In this document: one piece after another, positions 7,762 to 16,261 of the stretch
Position numbering within the stretch: position 1 is the stretch's first letter
Layout: each line of letters begins with the position of its first letter
Assembly: GCA_944371545.1 (NCBI GenBank)
Contig: CALVXT010000001.1
Span: forward strand, 1-50,701
Length of the DNA: 50,701 bases
From: an uncultured Bacilli bacterium
GTDB lineage: Bacteria > Bacillota_I > Bacilli_A > RF39 > UBA660
Direction of reading: 5' to 3'
Notes under the pieces: generated by a model
The model's input: the letters and a program-made list of their open reading frames with translations, nothing else
Database searches by the model: none
Told to the model about the DNA's origin: nothing
Program-made: the position numbers and the translations under genes

Positions 7762-9015
7762 TTATTCCTCAATAATTTTGATATTAGCTCCGACATTAGA
7801 TAATTTTTCGACAATATGTTCATAACCTCTTAGAATATGCTCAATGTCACTGATTTTTGTAGTTCCTTTAGCTATTAATCCTGCGATTATCAAGGACGCT
7901 CCTGCTCTTAAATCACTAGCGGTTACGTCATTGCCAAAAAGAGGTGTTTTTCCTTTAATAAACGCCATTTGATTTTTTACCGTAATATCCGCTCCCATGG
8001 AATTTAAATATGGAACTTGTCCCATTCGATTTGAGTGAATTGTTTCTTCTAAAATGCTTGTTCCATCACATTGAGTCATTAAAACACTCATAGGTTGAGC
8101 TAAGTCTGTTGGAAAACCTGGGTAAATCAATGTAGTAATATTAAAGGAATTCAATTTTTCTGCTTTGTTAATAAGTATATTATTTTCTTCTATTTTAATT
8201 TGTACTCCTATTTCTTGTAATTTGCTAATTAAGGAAGTTAAATGTTCTTTGATTACATTTTGAATTATTAAATCTTTACCTAAAAGAGCACCTAAAATTA
8301 TATACGTTCCTGCTTCAATACGATCTGGAATGACTTCAATCATTGCTTTGTGTAAATATTTTACTCCTTCAATTGTAATTTTACTTGTTCCAGCTCCACG
8401 GATTTTAGCTCCCATATTGTTTAAAAATGTTGCAACATTAACAATTTCTGGTTCTTTTGCTGCATTATTAATTACCGTTGTTCCTTCTGCTTTTACAGCT
8501 GCAAGCATAACATTGATTGTTGCTCCAACACTAGCAAAATCAAAATATACTTTGTTTCCCACTAATTTATCTGCCTTAATAATGTATTTGTTTTCTTCTT
8601 CAATAATCGTTGCACCTAATGCTTTAAACCCTTTTAAATGAAAATCAATTTTACGATTTCCAATCTTGCATCCTCCTGGCAAGGCAATTTCTACATATTT
8701 ATTTCGACCAAGAAGAGCTCCCATAAAATAATAAGAAGCTCTAAGTTTTGAAGATAACTCTTCTGGAATAAAAACATTTTCTATATTTTTTGTATCAATA
8801 TGTAGTGTATCTTTATCCACTTGTACTTTTCCATTTAATTTTTCAATGATTTTAATCAAATTATCACGGTCTGATATTTCTGGTACACTGTAAATTGTAG
8901 TTTCCTCATCACAAAGAATAGCTGCCGGAATTAAGGCAACTGCACTATTTTTAGCACCTGAAATTGGAATAGTTCCACTTAATGTATTCCCGCCTTGGAT
9001 TACAATTTTTTGCAT
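7762..9015 (-). CDS. murA: UDP-N-acetylglucosamine 1-carboxyvinyltransferase
   Basis: Full-length MurA similarity: GGNTLSGTIPISGAKNS, the active-site Cys loop PGGCKIGNR, and DLRAGASLIIAGL. Confidence 0.95.
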   Translation of the reverse strand: MQKIVIQGGNTLSGTIPISGAKNSAVALIPAAILCDEETTIYSVPEISDRDNLIKIIEKLNGKVQVDKDTLHIDTKNIENVFIPEELSSKLRASYYFMGALLGRNKYVEIALPGGCKIGNRKIDFHLKGFKALGATIIEEENKYIIKADKLVGNKVYFDFASVGATINVMLAAVKAEGTTVINNAAKEPEIVNVATFLNNMGAKIRGAGTSKITIEGVKYLHKAMIEVIPDRIEAGTYIILGALLGKDLIIQNVIKEHLTSLISKLQEIGVQIKIEENNILINKAEKLNSFNITTLIYPGFPTDLAQPMSVLMTQCDGTSILEETIHSNRMGQVPYLNSMGADITVKNQMAFIKGKTPLFGNDVTASDLRAGASLIIAGLIAKGTTKISDIEHILRGYEHIVEKLSNVGANIKIIEE

Positions 9016-9080
9016 ATGATCCCGTCCTTTTTCCTTACTACTATATCAAAATTTCTTTTGTTTTTAAAGCTTTTTATCCG

Positions 9081-9620
9081 TTATTTACATATATGAAAGA
9101 CTCCTAAAATCACTAGAAGAATAAAACCTAATATGCTTGCCTTATTTCCTAATTTACTAGAAACGAAACTGCCAATACTTAAACCAACCCACGTAAAAAT
9201 GAAGCTTGTTATTGAAAATAAACACATAGCTAATATTTTGTTTTGAGTAATTGCTGTTAAAGCAAGGCCTGTTGAGAATGCATCTATTGAAACTCCAAAG
9301 GCAAATAAAAACATTCCTAAAAAAGATAAGTCTATAGTCGTATCTTCTTCTTTTTTTATCATATCAATTAATAAATTTCCTGCAATAAATAGGAGAATGC
9401 ATCCCAGAAATAAATTGCTATTTAACTCAAAAAAATGCATGATTTTCTCACCAACCACGTTTCCTAACAAAGGCATGATGAAGTGCATTATTCCTACTAA
9501 TATGGCTAACTCTAAACTTTTTCTTTTTTCTAAATTATATGTTCCTACCCCTAAAGATAGAGAAAAAGTATCCATGCTTAACGCTACTCCGATTAGTAAT
9601 ATATTTAGTATTTCTTTCAT
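9081..9620 (-). CDS. mntP: MntP/DUF204-family putative manganese efflux pump
   Basis: Six-TM protein with duplicated DTFS / DAFS motifs (LSMDTFSLSLG, VSIDAFSTGLA). Confidence 0.75.
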   Translation of the reverse strand: MKEILNILLIGVALSMDTFSLSLGVGTYNLEKRKSLELAILVGIMHFIMPLLGNVVGEKIMHFFELNSNLFLGCILLFIAGNLLIDMIKKEEDTTIDLSFLGMFLFAFGVSIDAFSTGLALTAITQNKILAMCLFSITSFIFTWVGLSIGSFVSSKLGNKASILGFILLVILGVFHICK

Positions 9621-9648
9621 AAAAAATCCCCATTACATTTTATGGGGA
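9621..9648 (-). terminator. Rho-independent terminator after spoIIR, abutting the mntP start codon
   Basis: Minus strand reads TCCCCAT-AAAATGTA-ATGGGGA followed by T6, ending 1 nt before the mntP ATG. Confidence 0.65.
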
Positions 9649-9659
9649 TAAGCATCTTT

Positions 9660-10166
9660 TTATGAAGTATATTTTTCGATTATTTCTTGAACATAAAATT
9701 TGTAGTTTATGTCATCTGTGTTTTCATTTTTTGCTTCTAATAAACATAATGGTGGGAACATCACACACCACCAATTATTTCCTACGCCATTACCTAAAGT
9801 AATGACTAAAGATTCATATTCACCACTTGGATAGGTTACTCCGTGATATTCTTTTTCCGGAAAATAATTTACTCCAAAGGAAATTTTATTATCCGTTGTA
9901 TATTGATTTACTATTTGTTGAATATGCTCCATATTCTCATTAATTAACTTTTTTGCTTCTTCACTATTCTTGGCTTCTAACATCAATTTATTTACTTCTT
10001 GTTCAATTGCTTCTTTTACCTTCATTTTTACTTCTTGGTCTATTTCGTCATTACTGTTTGCAATTACTCTAAATCGTATCGCGTCAGTTGGAATTAAAAT
10101 TTCTTCTTTATTTGCATAACCGTATATTAAGAAAAAAACAAACAAAATAGGAATAATTTTTTTCAT
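9660..10166 (-). CDS. spoIIR: Stage II sporulation protein R
   Basis: Signal peptide, then IRFRVIANSNDEIDQEVKMKVKEAI and WWCVMFPPLC, both typical of SpoIIR. It lies next to prmC/prfA, as in B. subtilis. Confidence 0.9.
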   Translation of the reverse strand: MKKIIPILFVFFLIYGYANKEEILIPTDAIRFRVIANSNDEIDQEVKMKVKEAIEQEVNKLMLEAKNSEEAKKLINENMEHIQQIVNQYTTDNKISFGVNYFPEKEYHGVTYPSGEYESLVITLGNGVGNNWWCVMFPPLCLLEAKNENTDDINYKFYVQEIIEKYTS

Positions 10167-10205
10167 TTTCTCACCTATTTTGTTTATGGTTAGAATTTTC
10201 TTTTT

Positions 10206-10934
10206 TTATTCAAATTCAATAAAAATATATCGATCACGATTAGTTAAGTCTTTTTCAATAAGAATTTTTTTTGTGGATAAGTATTTTAAAGCTAAAGATT
10301 TTATATCCTCGCCTTCGTTCATTCCTATTTCAAAGGCTACCAATTTGGGCATTGTGGATAACTTGCTGATATTTTTTAGAATCTCTTCATAAAAATATAA
10401 ACCATTATTTTTAGCAAACAAAGCATTTTGAGGTTCATATTTTGTTTCTTCTCCTACTGACTCTGTTTCTTTTACATAAGGCGGATTACTAATAATTACA
10501 TCATATCCTTCTAAATTTGTATTTATCATATTTTCTATTTTGTATTCAATTTCTACTTGATTTTTTAATGCATTTTCTTTAGCTAATTCAATTGCTTGCT
10601 CAGAAATATCTATAGCTGTCACAAAACAAGGAAGATTCTTTTTTAAAGAGATTGCGATACAGCCACTTCCTGTACCTAAATCGATAATTCTAGGATTTTG
10701 GATATTTAAAGCTTTGATTCTTTTAATTGTTTTTTCAACTAACAATTCTGTTTCAAAACGAGGAATTAAAACTCTTTCATCTACATTAATTATGGTGTTT
10801 AAAAATTCAACATTTCCAATTAAATATTGAACTGGATAATGACTTTCTAATTTTTTGATGATTTCATTTATATTTTGTGGATATTTTTCTTTTAAAATTT
10901 TCCAATCTGTATCCGTTATAAAATCAGGTTTCAT
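10206..10934 (-). CDS. prmC: Release-factor glutamine N5-methyltransferase (HemK/PrmC)
   Basis: SAM motif IIDLGTGSGCIA and catalytic NPPY (IISNPPYV). Located downstream of prfA. Confidence 0.85.
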   Translation of the reverse strand: MKPDFITDTDWKILKEKYPQNINEIIKKLESHYPVQYLIGNVEFLNTIINVDERVLIPRFETELLVEKTIKRIKALNIQNPRIIDLGTGSGCIAISLKKNLPCFVTAIDISEQAIELAKENALKNQVEIEYKIENMINTNLEGYDVIISNPPYVKETESVGEETKYEPQNALFAKNNGLYFYEEILKNISKLSTMPKLVAFEIGMNEGEDIKSLALKYLSTKKILIEKDLTNRDRYIFIEFE

Positions 10935-10962
10935 AATACCCTTCTTTCTTTTTTATAAATCT

Positions 10963-11194
10963 TTATAATTTATACATTTTTTCTAAAAAATCTATATTTT
11001 CTTCTAAAAGAATAGAATAATTTTCTCCTAAGATACTTTTTAATCTTTCAAATTTGCGAATAAATTCTTTACTTTCAAATGTAAATAAGTCTAAATAATA
11101 AAGTAGTATATCTTTAGTAACCGTTACATTTTAAATGTTCTAAATTTCTCTTTTTTAATTCTTTATCTATTAATATTCTCTCTTCTGGATACAT
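10963..11194 (-). pseudogene. Small ORF (about 75 aa if intact) split by a frame change between prfA and prmC
   Basis: Good SD (GAAAGAGGAAAGT) before ATG 11194. Frame 0 gives 26 aa (MYPEERILIDKELKKRNLEHLKCNGY), then TAA at 11114-11116. The +1 frame then runs 49 codons (KDILLYYLDLF...EKMYKL) to 10963 with no start codon of its own. Confidence 0.4.
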
Positions 11195-11223
11195 ACTTTC
11201 CTCTTTCTTTTAAAAAAACAGGA

Positions 11224-12279
11224 TTATTCTCCTGCTAGCTTTCTTTTTAAATCTTCAGTAATTAACGCTTCAATTATTGGATCTAATTCTCCATCCATTA
11301 CCCGATCTAAAGACATTACAGAAAAGCCAATTCGGTGATCTGTAACACGATTTTGTGGATAATTGTATGTTCTTATTTTCTCGCTTCGATCTCCTGTTCC
11401 TATTTTACTCTTTCTTGTACTACCTAATTTTTTTTCTTTTTCTTGTTCCATTAAATCATAAAGTTTTACTCGTAATATTTTCATAGCTTTTTCTTTATTT
11501 TTTAATTGGCTTCGTTCATTTTGACAAGTAACTACTGTATTGGTAGGTAAATGAGTAATTCGAACAGCAGAATTGGATGTATTTACGGATTGTCCGCCTG
11601 CGCCACTTGAATGGTAGACATCAATTTTTAAGTCACTTTCCTTAATTTCAATATCTACATCTTCTACTTCTGGCATGACTAATACTGTAGCTGTTGAAGT
11701 ATGCACTCTACCTTGAGTTTCGGTTACTGGAACACGTTGAACTCGGTGAGCTCCACTTTCATATTTTAGTTTACTATAAACATTTTCTCCCTTAATTGTA
11801 CATTCTACTTGAGAAAATCCTCCTGATGTACCTTCTACTTGATGGTCAATCTCAATTTTCCATCCTTGTTTTTCGGCATAGTATGTATACATTCTTAATA
11901 GGTCACCGGCAAAGATATTAGCTTCATCTCCACCAGCTGCACCTCTAATTTCCATGATAATATTTTTCCCGTCATTTTCATCTTTAGGAATTAATAAAAT
12001 TTCTAACTCATGATTTAATTGTTCTAATTTTGCTGTATTTTCTTCAATTTCTAATTCAGCCATTTCTCTTAATTCTGGATCATTTAGAACTTCTTTTGCT
12101 TCTTTTAAATGCTCTTCAGCTGTTTCATATTCTTTATATTTATCTACAATTTCTTTTAAATCGCTTTGTTCTTTTGATAAAGCTTTAATTTTATTAAAAT
12201 CGCTCATAATTTCTGGATCCATTAAAAGAGTCGTTAATTCTTCATATCTTGCTTTTATGCTTTCTAATCTTTCTTTCAT
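11224..12279 (-). CDS. prfA: Peptide chain release factor 1
   Basis: RF1-type PVT tripeptide region (RVQRVPVTETQGR) and GGQ motif (SGAGGQSVN). Confidence 0.95.
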   Translation of the reverse strand: MKERLESIKARYEELTTLLMDPEIMSDFNKIKALSKEQSDLKEIVDKYKEYETAEEHLKEAKEVLNDPELREMAELEIEENTAKLEQLNHELEILLIPKDENDGKNIIMEIRGAAGGDEANIFAGDLLRMYTYYAEKQGWKIEIDHQVEGTSGGFSQVECTIKGENVYSKLKYESGAHRVQRVPVTETQGRVHTSTATVLVMPEVEDVDIEIKESDLKIDVYHSSGAGGQSVNTSNSAVRITHLPTNTVVTCQNERSQLKNKEKAMKILRVKLYDLMEQEKEKKLGSTRKSKIGTGDRSEKIRTYNYPQNRVTDHRIGFSVMSLDRVMDGELDPIIEALITEDLKRKLAGE

Positions 12280-12324
12280 ATTCTTATCCTTTCTATTTGT
12301 ATTTTTACGTTTTAAGAAAGGTAG

Positions 12325-12750
12325 CTAAAGATTTTCTTCATCGTCATCAATAATTACTAAATCTTTTAAATCATCATCTGTAGTATCGTCATCTGCTTCT
12401 TCATCATAGAATACGTCTTCTGACTCTTCTTCTTCAACAGCGGGTTCTTCTTCAATTACCTCTTCATATTCCTCATCATCATCTTCTATCACTAGTTTTT
12501 CACTATGACGTGTACGAAGATCCCAGTAACCATCTTCTAACATTACAAATTTTTTGTCTGTTGTTAGAATTTCGAAAAAATCTGCAATATGGTCTTCATA
12601 TTCTTTTTGAGATAAACCTAATGCATCACATATTTTTTGAAATAAATCTGTAATTTTCATTTTTTTCTTAGATTCTTCTAAGATGATATAAGCTATGTCG
12701 TCATATCCCATTAATTCTAATTCTTCTTTTGGTATATCTTTTAATTTCAT
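12325..12750 (-). CDS. rpoE: DNA-directed RNA polymerase delta subunit
   Basis: N-terminal HARE-HTH-like domain (ELMGYDDIAYIILEE ... YWDLR) followed by a long Asp/Glu-rich tail. Confidence 0.85.
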   Translation of the reverse strand: MKLKDIPKEELELMGYDDIAYIILEESKKKMKITDLFQKICDALGLSQKEYEDHIADFFEILTTDKKFVMLEDGYWDLRTRHSEKLVIEDDDEEYEEVIEEEPAVEEEESEDVFYDEEADDDTTDDDLKDLVIIDDDEENL

Positions 12751-12762
12751 TATTCTTTCTCC

Positions 12763-14460
12763 TCACATTTTCTTAGGTATTTTTATACTTAATAAAGCTA
12801 ACATTTCTTTAATAACTTTATTTCCTAAGTTAAGTACAAATAACCAACTTTCTTTTTTCTTTTTATCTTCTAGATTATTTATATGATTCTTTTCATAAAA
12901 AGCATTCATATTTACACATAAATCATATAAATAATTTGCTAGTACAGATGGTAGTCTTGTACTATAACTATATTTTAAAGTATTTTCCAAATCTAATAAC
13001 TTTATTCTTAAATCTCGATCTTCTTTATTATATATATCTTTTTCTTCAAGTTCACAGGTTTCTGTTTCTTTTTCTAAAATACTTGCTATTCTTAAATAGG
13101 TATATAAAATATAAGGGCCTGTTTTACCTACTACTTCCGAAAATTTATTTAAATCAAAGATATAATCTTTTTCTCTATTGTTTTGTAAATCTGCAAATTT
13201 AATGATTGCATTTACTAGTATATCTAAGTCTTCTTCTGTCATGTTGTCATTTTTTTTTTTTGAAGTTAAGAAAGCATTTTTTGTTTCTTTAAATAGAGAA
13301 TCTAATTTCGGAGCGCTTCCAGCTCTAGTTTTGAATGGTTTGCCATCAGAGCCATTAACTGTTCCAAATCCGAGATGTTCAAAAGTAATCATGTCTGTAT
13401 ATCCTAGTTTTTCACATACTCTAAATAATTGTTTAAAGTGAAGACTTTGGCGCATATCTGTGACATAAATCATATTATCTGGATGAAAATCTTCTATTCT
13501 TTCATAAATCGTGCCTAAGTCAGTTGTTCCATAAAGATAGGCTCCATTACTTTTTTGATAAATTAATGGTGGAATTTCTAATTCATCTTCTGGTTTAGAT
13601 ACTTCAACAATCTTAGCTCCATTACTTGTAGTTAATAAATTCTTTTTATTTAATTCTTCTGTCACCTTATCTATATAAGGATAGGCATCGGATTCTCCAT
13701 ACCATAAATCAAAATGAACATCTAAATATTCATAGATTTTTAAAATATCTTTTCCTGATACTTCACGAATTATTTTAAAATACTCTTGATACTCGGCATT
13801 TCCATCTTGTAGTTCTTTTGTTATTTCAGCACATCTTTTTTTTACTTGTTCGTCTTCTTTGCATAATGCGCTCATTTTTGGATAAATTTCGTCTAAAATC
13901 TCAATCGTAATATCTTCTTTTGCTATATTTTCTTTTTGTAACCCATATATTACTTGACCTATTTGTAACCCATAATCCCCTAAATGAACATCTCCAATGA
14001 CATCATGACCAAAATATTTTAATATTCTTTTAATTGATTCACCAACAATAGCACTTCTTAAATGACCCACATGAAGAGGTTTGGCAATATTTGGTCCACC
14101 ATAATCAATAATAATTTTCTTTTTCTCTGGCATATGAATATTGAATTTTTCTTTATAAAACATATCTTTTAAACGTTCATTTATAAATTTGTTACTTAAT
14201 GTAAAATTTATGAATCCAGGTTTAACTGCTTCTACTTTAGAAAAATCTTCTTCATCTTTATATATTTCTAAAAACTTACTAGCAATTTCTTCACTAATTT
14301 CATATGGAGATTTTCTGGCTATTTTGGCATAAGCAAAACAACCATCAAATTGATAATCACATAATTCTTTTCGATTAGAAACAATGATTTTTGCTTGTAA
14401 ATCATATTTTAAATCATTTAATACTTTTTGAAGTTTTTCTTCTATATATTCTATTATCAC
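12763..14460 (-). CDS. argS: Arginine--tRNA ligase
   Basis: Class I HIGH motif (NIAKPLHVGHLRS) and an ArgRS anticodon-binding C-terminus. Preceded by a ywiB-like gene, as in B. subtilis. Confidence 0.95.
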   Translation of the reverse strand: MIIEYIEEKLQKVLNDLKYDLQAKIIVSNRKELCDYQFDGCFAYAKIARKSPYEISEEIASKFLEIYKDEEDFSKVEAVKPGFINFTLSNKFINERLKDMFYKEKFNIHMPEKKKIIIDYGGPNIAKPLHVGHLRSAIVGESIKRILKYFGHDVIGDVHLGDYGLQIGQVIYGLQKENIAKEDITIEILDEIYPKMSALCKEDEQVKKRCAEITKELQDGNAEYQEYFKIIREVSGKDILKIYEYLDVHFDLWYGESDAYPYIDKVTEELNKKNLLTTSNGAKIVEVSKPEDELEIPPLIYQKSNGAYLYGTTDLGTIYERIEDFHPDNMIYVTDMRQSLHFKQLFRVCEKLGYTDMITFEHLGFGTVNGSDGKPFKTRAGSAPKLDSLFKETKNAFLTSKKKNDNMTEEDLDILVNAIIKFADLQNNREKDYIFDLNKFSEVVGKTGPYILYTYLRIASILEKETETCELEEKDIYNKEDRDLRIKLLDLENTLKYSYSTRLPSVLANYLYDLCVNMNAFYEKNHINNLEDKKKKESWLFVLNLGNKVIKEMLALLSIKIPKKM

Positions 14461-14816
14461 TTTTCTCTTCCTTCCTCCAATTCTATTGTTAAAACATTTT
14501 CATGATCATCGGTTTCAATAAAATAGGATAACTGGATTTCAAATTTATTCGTCAATAGATTAGCATACTCTACTAAAACTTGCAAGTTATATTGTTCTTT
14601 TTTTAAAGTAATTTGACTTTTTTGATTTTCAATATCTAATAAAAACGCGTATTCATCGTTTTCTCTTAGAAATTCTTTGGTTTGTAAATTTACACTGTGT
14701 TTCATATCATTTAATTGAAAACTTAAAATATTGTTTTCTAACAATGCTGGAATATTTTCTTCATTTATAACTATATTTTCGCCATTTTTTAACGTTATTT
14801 TTAAAATATATTCCAT
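14457..14816 (-). CDS. DUF1934-family protein (YwiB-like)
   Basis: 119 aa, 4-nt overlap with argS, and the same position as ywiB in B. subtilis. Confidence 0.55.
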   Translation of the reverse strand: MEYILKITLKNGENIVINEENIPALLENNILSFQLNDMKHSVNLQTKEFLRENDEYAFLLDIENQKSQITLKKEQYNLQVLVEYANLLTNKFEIQLSYFIETDDHENVLTIELEEGREK

Positions 14817-14871
14817 GGGTCACCTCACTTAACCGGAACATTATATCACGGAATACCAAGAAAAAAAAGGA

Positions 14872-16158
14872 TTATTTGTACTCCTTTTTTGTTCGAATTT
14901 TAGTTAGTATTTCACTTACTTTTGTTGTATCTTCAATTTCTTTTAATCCTTTAAGAATTGATGTTAATTCTTGTCTTTTTTGATGTAATGCTTTGATATT
15001 TTTCTCACTTTTTTCTTTTTTTATTTGATTTATAAGTTTATTTCCAATATAACCATATGGCTCTAGAGCATCGCATAAATCATCAAAGAAGTATTCATAT
15101 CGCGAATTTTGACAGCGTTCAGGAATGCTCATTTCTTTTCTAATTCTTCTTAATATTGCTTTAGCTTTTTTTGTTGTTAATTTGAATTCTTTTGTTCTTA
15201 TAAGCTCTGAAAGATCATCAAGATTAATTTTTTGAATTATAATTACATCATCCATATCTCGTACTTTTTGAGGAATATTTAATTGTAGATATAAATCATA
15301 AAATACATCATCAAATGAAATTTCATCTAAAAAATTAAAAGAAAGAATCGATTGCTTTTCTTTTGGATTTTTTGGATTACTTACTAGAATATTTTGTACA
15401 TCAATTAACTCATATAGATTTAATAGCCAAGTAATTTCTAATCCGTTATCCATATATAATAGTTCTTGTTGAAATGATTTTTCGTTGCTACGAAATGCTT
15501 GGAATAACTTTTCTATTTCACACAGGTCATCAAATACTTCTTCTAAAGTTCTTATATCCCTAGTACTTAAGATTAAATCTTTTAGCATTTCACATCTATC
15601 TATTAAAGACATTTTAGAAATTAAAAATTTATTTTGCCATGAAATACGAACTTCTTTATCTTGAATGACTTCTGTTTCTAAAAAAATATTTTTTATTTTT
15701 GAGATATCATGTATTTTTAAGTATTCTAAAATTTTTTTAAATTTCTCATTTTGATCTATTAATATGTTAATTTCATGTTGTAGTTGTTCCATTTTTAATT
15801 CATCTTGTTCTTTGTATATGATTCTTTTTGTTTTTGAATCAAGTATACAATTTTCCATCGATATTTTATTTTTTTCTCTACATAATTGTTTTTTAAGGGA
15901 TTCATTTTCTATTATCAAATTTTTAATGTATTCTAATATATCAATATTTTTATAAGGTATGTTATTTTCTGGTTTAGAAAATATGGTCAAAAAATTATTT
16001 AAAATTGTTTCTCCATATATGCTTGGGGAAGCAATTTTTTCTGATTTTACATCCTTTAAATATGCATATAAATCCATTAATGCCATTACGGCTTCAAAAT
16101 TTATTTTATATGACTCTTTAAGTGTTGATAACTCCGTTTCTTCATTTTTTTTCATCAA
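14872..16158 (-). CDS. Hypothetical protein (428 aa), helical, no recognisable domain
   Basis: Long uninterrupted ORF, divergent from the PBP gene. No motif recognised. Confidence 0.6.
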   Translation of the reverse strand: MMKKNEETELSTLKESYKINFEAVMALMDLYAYLKDVKSEKIASPSIYGETILNNFLTIFSKPENNIPYKNIDILEYIKNLIIENESLKKQLCREKNKISMENCILDSKTKRIIYKEQDELKMEQLQHEINILIDQNEKFKKILEYLKIHDISKIKNIFLETEVIQDKEVRISWQNKFLISKMSLIDRCEMLKDLILSTRDIRTLEEVFDDLCEIEKLFQAFRSNEKSFQQELLYMDNGLEITWLLNLYELIDVQNILVSNPKNPKEKQSILSFNFLDEISFDDVFYDLYLQLNIPQKVRDMDDVIIIQKINLDDLSELIRTKEFKLTTKKAKAILRRIRKEMSIPERCQNSRYEYFFDDLCDALEPYGYIGNKLINQIKKEKSEKNIKALHQKRQELTSILKGLKEIEDTTKVSEILTKIRTKKEYK

Positions 16159-16261
16159 AAGCCCTTCTTTCTTATCTTTATTAAAGCATATTTTTCTATA
16201 TTAAACAATTTTTTTCTTATATTTTTTTCTTTTTGATTCATACTAACTTTAGGTGTTTTGC

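Noticed and set aside
9621-9659. yybP-ykoY manganese riboswitch upstream of mntP.
   Set aside because: Only 39 nt are available, all taken up by a simple terminator hairpin. The riboswitch needs well over 100 nt.
11114-11133. Programmed +1 ribosomal frameshift of the prfB type in the small ORF downstream of prfA.
   Set aside because: There is no SD-like stimulator 3 nt upstream, and no P-site codon able to re-pair in the +1 frame (UAC to ACU). A 1-nt indel in an A-run explains the split. It is kept only as a low-probability note in the findings.
14817-14871. T-box leader upstream of the ywiB-argS operon.
   Set aside because: The spacer is only 55 nt and has no T-box sequence or specifier hairpin.
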